Origin: Squalus acanthias
Lineage: Eukaryota
Assembly (NCBI GenBank): GCA_030390025.1
Contig: CM059431.1
Coordinates: forward strand, 109,804,001-109,868,000
Length of the DNA stretch: 64,000 nucleotides
Reading direction: 5' to 3'
Position numbers and translations under genes: made by a program. Positions 50,790-61,336 of the stretch are shown here, piece after piece (within the stretch, counting starts at the first letter, position 1; each line of letters starts with the position of its first letter). A model generated the notes under the pieces. That model had not been told where the DNA came from and ran no database searches. It saw only the letters and a list, made by a program, of their open reading frames with translations.

Positions 50790-52411
50790 TGTAAGGGATT
50801 CTGACCCTGCGTGTCTCGCAGCCTGTGAGATTCACGCGGCTCTGTGCAGCCTGTATGTCAGTGCGGGTCTAGGCCTTGTTGCCTGTTCTGGTCTCCAGCC
50901 AGTCTGGGAACACTAGACACACCTGTGAGTGGTTCGAATCACTCGCCCTTACGGTTCTAGACACTGGACTTAGATGCGAGAGCAGTAATGGAGATGAAAC
51001 TCATGTAGACTTGGTTGAATGGTACGAAATGGAAAATCTTTATTGCATGATACTTAAGATTATGAAATACATGTCATAAGCACAGATTAATGACAGTACA
51101 ATCTTAGAAGCAGTTATATAGTCGATCTTAGGGAAACGAGGAACGAACGGCACATAGTAAATAGGGGCACACATTACAAATATCCTTAATCCTTAAACCC
51201 TCCCCTATCAATATCTATCCTAACTAGATTCGTAGGATTTCGAGACTCATGCTCACCACTCGTGATAACTCAGAGAAATTCCGAATAGCTGATCGGATGT
51301 TTTTCACCGCAGCACCCACGTGTCGGTCAGGAGATCTCCTGGTCCCACTTGTTTACTTGCTTCTGCTGCTCCGGCTAGCAGGCTGGACCGTCTGCTGTGA
51401 TGAAGACCTGTGTTGGTTGGTTTAACAGGTACTTTCCGAGCACAGTTGTCAATATCATCGATGTGATATGTTCTTTGCAAGTTCGAAGAAGTCTTCCTGG
51501 CAAGGAAAACTTGGCTATTCGACCTACAGGCGCGGTCGGGATTTACTGACCGTGGCGATGGATATGGTCTTCCTCTCTTCTCATCTCATCTCATCTCATC
51601 TCATCTCGGGCCTTTGGTTCCGCTGCCAGTTACCAACATAGGTCTTCGTTACGCGACACGAGGTAGATCCGAACGGATCAGAAAGTTCAACAGTCTTTTC
51701 AAAAAGGCAACAGGCAAGCAGGAGCCCGACTACGAGTACACAGGAGCAGCCACGATGATAAGAGTCGATCGGATCAGAGAAAGATGGACGGTTTGGAGCC
51801 TGCAATTATAGTGCAAAATCTTCCGTTTCCCGCCCAACCTTAATGTCCATTCTTTTGTTTAGGGTCTGGCGCTCAAATGTCTTGTATGGGTGATCTCCGT
51901 TCTTAATGGGTTTCGGGGCTACTCGTAAATGTCTGAGTACCTGTTAATATTTCTCCCATTGTTAAATCGGTCGGTGTTCTCCCTGGAGGGGTTGTGGGGC
52001 TTCCAAGTGTTTTGTATAACTACCTGCTAACGGCTCTCTCATCGTAGAGTCGTTGGGATTTTACATATTAATGTCTTTTGGATGGGCCCTTGATTACTCG
52101 GTACAATAGCTTTCATTCGTACCTGGGAGACCGATTTTAGTATTTATGTGTGTACTGCAAACCCATCATGTCTTGTGTATTATCTTCACTGTGCTGAATC
52201 TTAATCGATCTTGCACAAATGTTTATTGGAACGCCATCTTGTCTGCCTGTCGAAAAGTCTAGAGTGTTCTGTCACGAGGTGCGGCGGCCATTTTACAGGC
52301 TGCTTGTGTCCACTTTAAACCTGGCAGCATTCTGCTGAAATAAAAGCTGTTTGAACGAAACTCTGTGTTTTCTCCTTATTAATAAAATCGCGATATATTG
52401 CGAATTCTACA
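50790..52411 (-). mobile_element. Solo LTR (~1.62 kb) inside Myb exon 2
   Basis: TGTA...TACA termini; flanks share AGG (AAGGT if terminal bases are included); exon 2 rejoins as GPP|SMAHL; minus-strand AATAAA at 51039-51044; (tctca)n run. Confidence 0.82.
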
Positions 52412-54548
52412 AGGTGGCCCTCCTCCTGTCCTCCCCCTCTCCCTCTTATTGTGGGCTTTCTTTTCCAGCAATGAGGGACTAAAGTGGAGTTTGAGTGAGA
52501 ATGTTGGAGTGAGTGTAGAGAATCCACAGCATAGATGCTTAGAGGGAGACAAAGATGGAGTGAGGTGCCAATACCAAGGTCCCTCCCTGTGCGTTGTTAG
52601 TTGTTGTCATTGCATAACAGTGATAGCGAGTGTGAGGGGTGCATAGTAGAATGGTGAAGTGATTCAGTACAGAGAGAGAGAGGGATGGTTAAAGGTGCAA
52701 GGGATGTAAGGGTAGGTTGGGATGTGCAGGAGTAGGCTGACAATGCAGAGTGCTGGTGATGAGAGCTAATAGGGAGCAGATTGAAGGTAAGTGTGATGTT
52801 ATACTCACTTTTGCTGAGCGTAGCAGATCATTGAACCTTTTGCGGCACTGAATCCAGGTGCGTGAGCACAAAGACCTGGCACTAACCTCCTCAGCAATTT
52901 GCAGCCAGGCTGCCTTGGTTTGCTGAGGAGGCTTCCTCCGTCCATTGGAAGGGAAACAGAACCTCCTTGCGCCCTCTTACTCCCTCCACAAGAGCATCGA
53001 GGGAGTCATCTTCAAAGTGGGGAGCAGCCTTTGTTCTTGCAGCAGTCATCTCGCAAAGACCAGCACTCAGGAGCATCAGAAAGTAAATGAAACCCAAAGG
53101 CTACATGGGCCCCCTAAATGCAGCTGAGTCGAAGACATCAGCAAAGGCGAGCAGCAGAGCCGCACCCACTGATTGGGCCGGGTAACGCGCACGGCGGGCT
53201 TTAGAAGCCCAATCTACTGAAAATCGTTATCTCAGTGTGGATGGAACGGGCAGCGGGACTGGAACCCGGCGCGAACCCTCCTCCGCTGGGAAAATCCAGC
53301 CCTTCGCTCAGTAAAGCCTGGCGGTCAAGAAAAAGCAAACCCAAAAAGGTAAGTCTGAAATGATTTTAGTGATGAGCAGGTGCGGGAATGTCAGAGGTTG
53401 GCCTCTGGGCCATCCGATATCGCACCAGTCCGGAACCAGCGAGCTGCAGTGGGAGGCCTGTACGGGGCGGGGGTTGGGGGGGTGGGGGTTCAGCTCGGCG
53501 GGTGGCTTCTTTATCAGGCCCAGCCCTCAAAATAGACCGGATCTCCCACCAGAGGAGTGGCTCAGCCATCCCCCACACACTCTGCCAGCTGGCCACCCAA
53601 TAGCTTAAATCCCCCCCTTTAGTGTGTGAGGGGTGGGATTGGATTTTTAATGTATGGGGATCGGAGTTTTAGTATACAGGTTGGATAGTTAGTTTGGAGG
53701 CTTGAATTCTTAGTGTATGGGCTTGTATTCTTTAGGTTTTTTGGGTGTGGTGGGCTCAGATTTTTAGTATAGTGGGTTTGGATTTTTAGTCATGTGTGGC
53801 CCACTCACTGGTTATCCCATGTCTTTCCAGCCCCCTGTGCTAGACTATAATCTTATCTTCATGTAATCTTTCTAACTGTTAAACTGGCCTAATCTATCTC
53901 TTTAAGAGTTCCAACTAACTCAACTCAGATTGTTGAACAGCTCCAGCTTATAAAATACCCCTGAAGACAGTTATCGGCACTTTCTGGACTTGAATAGTTA
54001 TCAATTACATTTAAAAAAATAACTGCCAGTCATCAGATAACTGAGAAAATCACACAGTACATATTTGTTCAAATGTGACTTGGCTTCTGCCTCGAACCAA
54101 TAAATCTCCTTAACATTTGTATCGAGTTAGGCTGGAGACACGTCTGACTCTAAGCTGGTTTTAAAAATCCATACATCTTGTGAATCAGAAGTGGGCAGGG
54201 AAGGGGGAGAAATCACCCAAGCTCCCAGATAGCCCCAAGCTTCTCACCACAGAAGCAGACTGACTGGCGCACAGTAGGTTAATGATTCCAAAAATGTCTC
54301 AAGTAAAACTCGCATCCATGGCAGCACTCAACATCTAGATAAAAAAAGAAAGTAAATGCATAAAAACTGTACGGACTACAACCTCGAGTGAGGGTGAGAT
54401 CCTGTCAGTAGTCTGGTCTAGGACTAGAAACAGAGGTTCGAATGCAAGCATCTTTATTTCCAACTAATAATATTTTAAGTGGTACAAGCTGGTCATGTCG
54501 CATATTCCTTCTCTTATTACTCAAGAGTCTCCCTGTGTGAGAGTCTTA

Positions 54549-55015
54549 TCACTGTGGCTTGGTGGGTCGCACTCTCGCCTCGGAGTCAGAAGGTTGCCGG
54601 GTTCAAGTCCCACTCTATGAGACTTGAGCACAAAAATCTAGGCTGACGCTCCACTATTGAGGGAGTGCTGCACTGTCGGGGGTGCCGTCTTTCGGAGGAG
54701 ACGTTAAACTGAGGCTCCCGTCTGCTCTCTCTCAGGTGAACATAAAAGATCCCATGGCCACTATTTCAAAGAAGAGTAGGGGAATTATCCCCGGTGTCCC
54801 GGCTAATATTTATCCCTCAATCAACATCACTTAAAAAACAAAACAGATTATCTGCTCATCGCTGTTTGTGGGAGCTTGCTGTGCGCAAGTTGGCTGCCAT
54901 GTTTCCCTACATTACAACAGTGACTACACTTCAAAGAAAAAGTACTTAATTGGCTGTAAAGCACATTGGGACATCCTGAGGTCATAAAAGGCGCTATATA
55001 AATGCAAGTCTTTCT
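54549..55015 (+). mobile_element. SacSINE1/DeuSINE-like SINE, full length
   Basis: Same family as 2414-2877. Confidence 0.88.
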
Positions 55016-55934
55016 ATGATCTCAAACTAACAAAGATTTAAACAGCTTCCCTATAGTCACCTTGAGAATAAAGATGCACTATCCCAGGGATAGAAGCCTG
55101 TGAAGTAATATGAGAATTCATGGATTGTTTTGAGAACTATAAATGACAGGTTATCATTTCATCCCTTATTTTACAGTTCCTAGCTAAGTGGATTGTTCCC
55201 GTTCAGTGCTGCTCAGTGCATTGCATCTATCTCCATGAATTATTCAGAAAGGATTGTGGTACTATTTTTTTTACTTTCCATCTATTTTTGCTCTTGCTCC
55301 TTCTTTAGATTTCCGCTCTTGTTTTTCCTTTGGTGGTAGCAGCAAAGCAAAAGATGTCTGACACCAGTGAATGAGGTAAAGGTGACCAAGAGCTGGGCTC
55401 CCTCTCCCAGGAGATGGCATGACTCAGGAGGGAGCGATTGTGGGGATGGGGATGATGGTGTATGATAGGACAGGACAGGCTCAGTGGACCAGCTGGTCCT
55501 ATTCCTGTCCTTTTTCCCATGCTCGTATCCCATTTTCTAAGTGCAGCATTCACACTGTATACAGGCCCCGATTTTAACTCCAGGTGGATTCCCCACTCAG
55601 GCCTGAGTTAAAATTACAGTCGGGTCTCAATGATGTCATTGGGCCGCAACATGCAGATGTAAAGAAGGACCCCGTCGGCTCCGGGCACGTGTCCTTGCTG
55701 CCTGCTCAGGAGAGCAGCTTAAAATTGTAGCTTTTCCAATCATGGCGGCTTTCGGACAGGTAAGAGCCTGGGCGATTTTAACTGCCCACCCGCCAGGTTT
55801 CTGCTGAGCGAGTAGGGTTAAAATCACCCCCCCACCGCCCCCACCCCCCTCCCTCCAAGACTCTGGGCTCAGTAACTGCTGTGGATACTTTCTGCTGCCT
55901 GAGCTAAAGAATGTGAAATTTACCAATTTTTATT

Positions 55935-56125
55935 AAAAATGGTTAGAATGTGGAACTTGCTACCACAGGGAGTAGTTGAGGCATATAGTGTAGATGCATT
56001 TAAGGGGAAGCTAGATAAGGGAGAAAGGAATAGAAGGTTATATGTTGATAGGGTTAGATGAAGTAGGATAGAAGGAAGCTCGTGTGGACCAGTTGGGCCG
56101 AATGGCCTGTTTCTGTGCTGTAAAT
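55935..56125 (+). mobile_element. CR1 3' end
   Basis: tggaacttgctaccacagggagtagttgagg...gggccgaatggcctgtttctgtgctgt. Confidence 0.8.
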
Positions 56126-56359
56126 TACAGGGGGAGAGTTGGGGGTTTAACTCATGGCTGTGTTTTCCATTCTCCGATTGAACTCTGCTATTGTCACCTC
56201 TCCCAGTGTTGATGAACTGAGAGGATTCTCACATTGTCTGGGAAGAAAGTTTTCATTTCATGGGCAAGCTCTGTTGATAGATTATTGTCCTGTGCAATAT
56301 TTGCACGTGGACTCCTGTTCATTGTGAACAGGAGCATTCCCTACAAAACACCATTGAAG

Positions 56360-56850
56360 TAGGGAATGCAATTTTCATTACCCCATTACGGAAAGGATGT
56401 TGGAGACATTGATAACATAGACCTACTAGGATGATACAAGGGATGGGAGGATACAGTTACGATGAAAGACTTGAATAAACAAGTGGAGAATGGTAACAGG
56501 GATCCAATAGAAGTTTTCAAATAATCTGAGGGTAAATAATGAAAGAGTATTTTCAGTGGTCACATAAAATTAGGATTAATACTCAAAGCATACAGAGAAA
56601 GGTTAGAAGAGTTTTAATTTCATCTAAAGGGTTATTAGAATATTGAATGCATTACCACAAGTGGCTTTTGCAGCTGAGCCAATATGACATTTAAAAGAGA
56701 ATTAGAGAAACACTTGAAGAGGACAAATAATAAAGGGTACAGGAAAAGAGCAGGGAAATGGGATTAGAGCAGATAAATTCGGTGTGGACCTAGCATTGGC
56801 ACAGCGGGCTGAATGGCTTCCTTCTTTGCTGAAATTTCTGATTCTATAAA
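56360..56850 (+). mobile_element. Old decayed CR1 3' fragment
   Basis: Degenerate ORF2 C-terminal motifs and gggctgaatggcttccttc tail. Confidence 0.6.
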
Positions 56851-57191
56851 TGCAACCTTGATGTGCCATTGTTTGAATGATAGAACAGAATCTGATCCTA
56901 TTTTAACCTGCATTAAATATTAGTGTTGCAATATCTTTACATCCTCAGTAACTTTCTGTGATTTATTTTCTCTCTTTTATTCATTATTCTTCTGACAGTG
57001 TTGAAAGTGGAGAAGTGGGGCAGGAAGCAGAAGCAATAGCAGCGAGCCCCAGAAAGAAAACGAAGGAATGACTTGCATTTATAAAGCAATATAAGCAATT
57101 GACGATTAAACGTGGCCTTTCATCAGTGGCGGCATGCAGATGGTTACCGTTCTTTCCATCCTGTGCAACCGCCTCCTGTTCAGAGGATAAA

Positions 57192-58435
57192 AGTAAGAAA
57201 GACTTGCATTTATAAAGCTCCGTTCACAATCTTAGGACATCCCAAAGCGCTTTACAGCCAATGAAGTACTTTTGAAGTGTAGTCACTGTTGCACTGTAGG
57301 GAGCTTGACAGCCAATTTTCGCACAGCAAGGTCCCACAAACAGCAAAGAGATAGTGGCCAGAGAATCTGTTTTAGCGATGTTGGTTGAGGGATAAATATT
57401 AACCAGGACATCCCCTGCTCTTCTTCAAATAGTGCCAATGGGATCTTTTGCGCCCACCTGTGTAAGATTTCCAAAATTTGCAGATCCCCAAAAATATATC
57501 GAAAGGAAAAAATAAGGACTTTGGAACTTTAAAGGAAACGCGCCTGGACATGTTCGGCACGCGGATGGTCTGGGAATTCAAAGACCAGCAAACATTACCA
57601 TTTGGACAATAGGCCCTGGGGAAAGGCCGCCCCACCCAAAACACAGAGCCCATAGGAATACTAGGCCCAGCAAGGAACCCAAAGCAGGAGAACAAAGCAA
57701 GCTTCCATGGAACAACAACGCAACAGGATGTAAGCCATTTGATTTGGTTTAGCATAGTTGAAAGCCCATCAAAATTTCAACAAAGACAATGAACAGGCCT
57801 CACCTGAATACTCACTGCATCACGAAACCAATTTTTCGTGAGGAGTTTTGTGGGGGGGGCGGGGGGGGGTGGGGGCGAAAAAGGACTATATCTATAGCAG
57901 GACCCAAGAGCTCTCTCTCTTTTGACTCGCCGACTACACTGGAAACAAGGCTCTCTCGCAGCACTGCCCAGAAGCCACATGGTAAAGGAAGACGTTCGAT
58001 GACCAGAATCACCATCGACTTACCTGGCTGGATTTCATATTGTTAATACCCCTGTCTGGTGAGCATTATCCCTGATCTCCTGAAACTGAAACCTAACTAG
58101 AAGTGGGATTTTTGGGAGGGATAAAGGTTTTTATTTTTCTTGTATACTGTCATTTTCCTCGCCTGTAACCGTGTGCTCCCCAAACCTGTTTAAGTGTGAA
58201 GTGTGTTTAAGTTTGTTACCTTTTAACTTTAATAAAAGTTATAGTTCTTTCATTGGAACCTGTGGTCTACTGCATCTTTATTCACAACCCCTAAATAAGT
58301 CCAAGTTTTGAACCTGGGGCGTGGGAGCGATTCGAACCGCTCACTGAGTCAGGGAAAGGCTGACTCCTACCACAACCCACACCCTACACCTGATAGGGCA
58401 GACGGGGCCTCGGTTTAACATCGCATTCGAAAGAA
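57192..58435 (-). mobile_element. SacSINE1-like SINE split by the solo LTR at 57461-58388
   Basis: SINE sequence resumes across the LTR: ccacctg|atagggcagacggggcctcggtttaac. Confidence 0.85.
57461..58388 (+). mobile_element. Solo LTR (928 bp)
   Basis: TGTA...TACA; 4-bp TSD CCTG (57457-57460, 58389-58392); TATA-like ~57886; AATAAA 58231. Confidence 0.9.
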
Positions 58436-58575
58436 GAGATGAGGAATTCTGAAACAGAGCCAGGTAAAAGTCGGAGAGGTGACTTGTGTAACGGATTATT
58501 GTAGAGAGCTGATTTTAAAGTGGAATTGAATGGAGGAGTATGTCCTTCACTCTGGGTTACAATGCCGCAGTCTCT

Positions 58576-59229
58576 GGGCTGGATTTTGATACTGGGGCGG
58601 GTTGGGGTCGTGTCATCCACTTTTCGTGTTATCCACCCGACTGCAATTGGATGTGGGAGATTGATGCAATTTTCACCTAATTGGGCAATTGAGTTCCAGC
58701 ATGTGGGAACCCATGACCCAATTAGTGTTTTCAGTCTGAAAGTCGCCTCTGATGATGTCATCATTGCTGCTGCATTGAAGGTCTTCAAAGACTGCCTGGC
58801 CTTTGCTGTGAGAGGACCTGCAAAATGAGCAGCAGCAGCCCTAAGTCTGCTCCCAGATCTTTTTACACCACCACTCCCAGATAGGTCTTCTCTCCATCCA
58901 TCCATCCACATAGTCAGTCAGTCAGTCCAGTCATCCAAATGTGCTCCCGCCAGGTTTCACAATCGTAGGTTCAGAACAGGCGTGCTTCACGTAGAACAAG
59001 GGTTAAAATCACAAAGGCCTTTCAAAATGGCATTATAGAGGCAATTTAGTGCTTGTTAAGGGCCTTAACAGCCTATCCCGCCTCTTGGAGGTGGGACGGA
59101 GTCGGGACCAGCAGACACGATTTAATGAAAATTGCGTGAGGCGGACTTGTGCCCGCCCGCCAGTTTTTGCAATTTTAACCCCCCACACGCCTCCAAACCC
59201 ACCTCCATGGGTCAATGAAAATCCAGCCC
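58576..59229. mobile_element. Harbinger MITE (family B variant)
   Basis: TIR gggctggatttt / aaaatccagccc; TSD TCT. Confidence 0.92.
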
Positions 59230-59450
59230 TCTGTGTCTGCTTAAGGTTTCTCCTTCTGCTTGGTGTTTGAGCCAAGAGTCACTGTTGGATGGAAGTGTGA
59301 ATCGTGACGAGGGGATCACTAGGGTCAAGAAGTTACATCAGAGTGTCAAGAAAGTAACTTACGAGCACCATGTAACAAAAATGTGGAACACTACTACTGG
59401 GGAGATAGTACATGCTGTGATTCACATTACAAGTGTTATTGTATATTAAA

Positions 59451-59540
59451 CCCACTATAATATATACAGGGGAGTGACTGCCCTGGTAATACCTACTGTA
59501 ATATATGCAAGAGAGTGACTGTCCTGCTAATACTCACTGC
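59451..59540. repeat. ~41-bp tandem repeat, about 2.2 copies
   Basis: cccactataatatatacaggggagtgactgccctggtaata / cctactgtaatatatgcaagagagtgactgtcctgctaata. Confidence 0.75.
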
Positions 59541-59569
59541 AGAAGAGCCTTGTGAGTGGTTGTTGTAAT

Positions 59570-59811
59570 GCAACAACAACAACTTGTATTTATATAGCGC
59601 CTTTTAACGTAGTAAAACGTCCCAAGGCGCTTCACAGGAGTATTCTAAAACAAAATTTGACACCGAGCCACATAAGGAGAAATTAGGGCAGGTGACCAAA
59701 AGCTTGGTCAAAGAGGTAGGTTCTAAGGAGCGCCTTAAAGGAGGAAAGAGAGGTAGAGAGGCGGAGAGGTTTAGGCAGTTAAAAGCGCTTTATAAATACA
59801 AGTTGTTGTTG
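59570..59811. mobile_element. L2-like 3' end with an inverted second copy of its tail
   Basis: caacaacaacttgtatttatatagcgccttttaac at left; gttaaaagcgctttataaatacaagttgttgttg at right. Confidence 0.7.
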
Positions 59812-60074
59812 CTGTAAAGCACTTTGGGACATCCTGAGGTTGTGAACGGCGCTATATAAATGCAAGTCTTTCTTTCTTTTATCCTCTGAACAGCAGGAGG
59901 TTGCACAGGATGGAGAGAAGATGGAGCAAGAAATCCATCTGCCTACCGCCACTGAAACAAGGCTGCATTTAATTGTCAATTGCTTACAATAAAAAAAAGT
60001 TATTGAGAGAAATAAAAATCCTCCCCTCGTGGCTGGTCACGACCACACCCCACAACTGCCTCTTTAAGAATATA

Positions 60075-61064
60075 ATAGCAAAATACTGCGGATGCTGGAA
60101 ATCTGAAATAACAACAGAAAATGCTGGAAATATTCAGCAAGTCAGGCAGCATTCGTGGAGAGAGAAACAGAGTTAACGTTTCAGGTCTGTGACCTTTCGT
60201 CACAACTCGAAAAATTTAGAGAGCTAACAGATTTTAAGCAGGTGCAAAGGCTGCGAAAGTGGGGAGGGGAGGAAAGAATAAAAGGGACAGTCTGTGATAC
60301 GGTGGAAGGCAGGAGTGGTTAAATGTTGCAAATGGGGATGGCAGAATCATCAACAGCTGCCATGTGAAAAATTAGGGGCAGAGGTTATGGTCTGAAATTG
60401 TTGAACTCGATGTTGAGTCCAGAAGGCTGGAAAGTGCCTAATAGAAAGATGAGGTGCTGTTCCTCAAGCTTACGTTGAGCTTCATTGGAACAGTGTAAGA
60501 GGCCGAGGACAGAGAGGTCAGGGTGGGAGTGGAGCGGAGAATTAAAGTGACAAGCGACCGGAAGCTCGGGGTCACCCTCACGGACGGAACGGAGGTGTTC
60601 CGCAAAGCGGTCACCCAATCTGCGTTTGGTCTCCCAATGTAGAGGAGACCGCATCGTGAGCAGCGAATACAGTATACTAAATTGCCAGAAGTACAAGTAA
60701 ATCGCTGTTTCACCTGGAAGGGGTGTTTGGGGCCCTGGACAGTGGGAAGGGAGGAGGTAAAAGAGCAGGTGTTGCATCTCCTGCGCTTGCACGGGAAGGT
60801 GCCGTGGGGAGGGGAGGGGCTGTTGGGGGTGATTGAGGAGTGGACTAGGGTGTTGCGGAGGGAGCGGTCCCTTTGGAATGCTGAAAGGGGAGGGGAAGAT
60901 ATGTTTGGTGGTGGGATCATGCTGGAGGTGGCGGAAATGGTGCAGGATGATCCGTTGAATGTGGAGGCTGGTGGGGTGCAAGCTGAGGACAAGGGGAACC
61001 CTATCATGGTTCTGGGAGGGAGGGTAAGGGGTGAGAGCAGAAGTGCGGGAAATGGAATGGACAC
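60075..61064 (-). mobile_element. Penelope-like element 3' part: GIY-YIG endonuclease (frameshifted) + pLTR with degenerate hammerhead
   Basis: CKRRRCNTC, FTCTSGNLVYCIRCSRCGLLYIG / ETKRRLGDRFAEH...RKLEEQHLIFLLGTFQPSGLN; hammerhead-like 60170-60208. Confidence 0.92.
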
Positions 61065-61258
61065 TGTGGTAACACAATACAGCTTCCTGTGACTCGAACT
61101 TTATTGCATCACTTCCTGTGATTAGTCCAGGATAAATACTGGACTGAGCAGTTGGATCCTGGAGAGGCATAGAGTAAGACCTCTTTTGTATGTAGCACCT
61201 TTTTAGTTGATTAAAGCTTACTTTAAGTTCACCACGCGTAAGGCTCATTCTTACGACA
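61065..61258 (+). mobile_element. 5' LTR (194 bp) of a Gypsy retrotransposon inserted into the Penelope element
   Basis: tgtggtaa...ttacgaca termini (7/8 inverted match); ATTAAA 61210-61215; gag follows; 3' LTR is outside the window. Confidence 0.75.
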
Positions 61259-61336
61259 ATTTAATCAACTTTGAAAAACTTCGCACTCAAACTTTTTGGA
61301 CGAACTCGGAACTAAGGATCCAGGGAATCACCCATC

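Larger units (their letters stand above)
48818..53049 (-). pseudogene. Harbinger ORF2 Myb/SANT DNA-binding protein, three exons (52809-53049; 50681-52465 minus LTR; 48818-50524 minus MITE), disrupted
   Basis: MTAARTKAAPHFEDDSLDALVEGV...AWLQIAEEVSARSLCSRTWIQCRKRFNDLLRSAK|GT; exon 2 EKKAHNKRERGRTGGGPP; 1-nt frameshift ~52949, exon 2 acceptor reads TG instead of AG, in-frame TAG at 50343-50345. Confidence 0.85.
46774..53302. mobile_element. Full-length PIF/Harbinger DNA transposon with two convergent genes and nested insertions
   Basis: Imperfect TIRs ggccgcgattt / aaaatccagccc; TSD TTC (46771-46773, 53303-53305); DDE transposase on +, Myb/SANT on -. Confidence 0.88.

Noticed and set aside
61065..61248. 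N-terminal part of ORF 60385-61248 as Penelope protein
   Set aside because: It is the antisense of the Gypsy LTR fused by insertion
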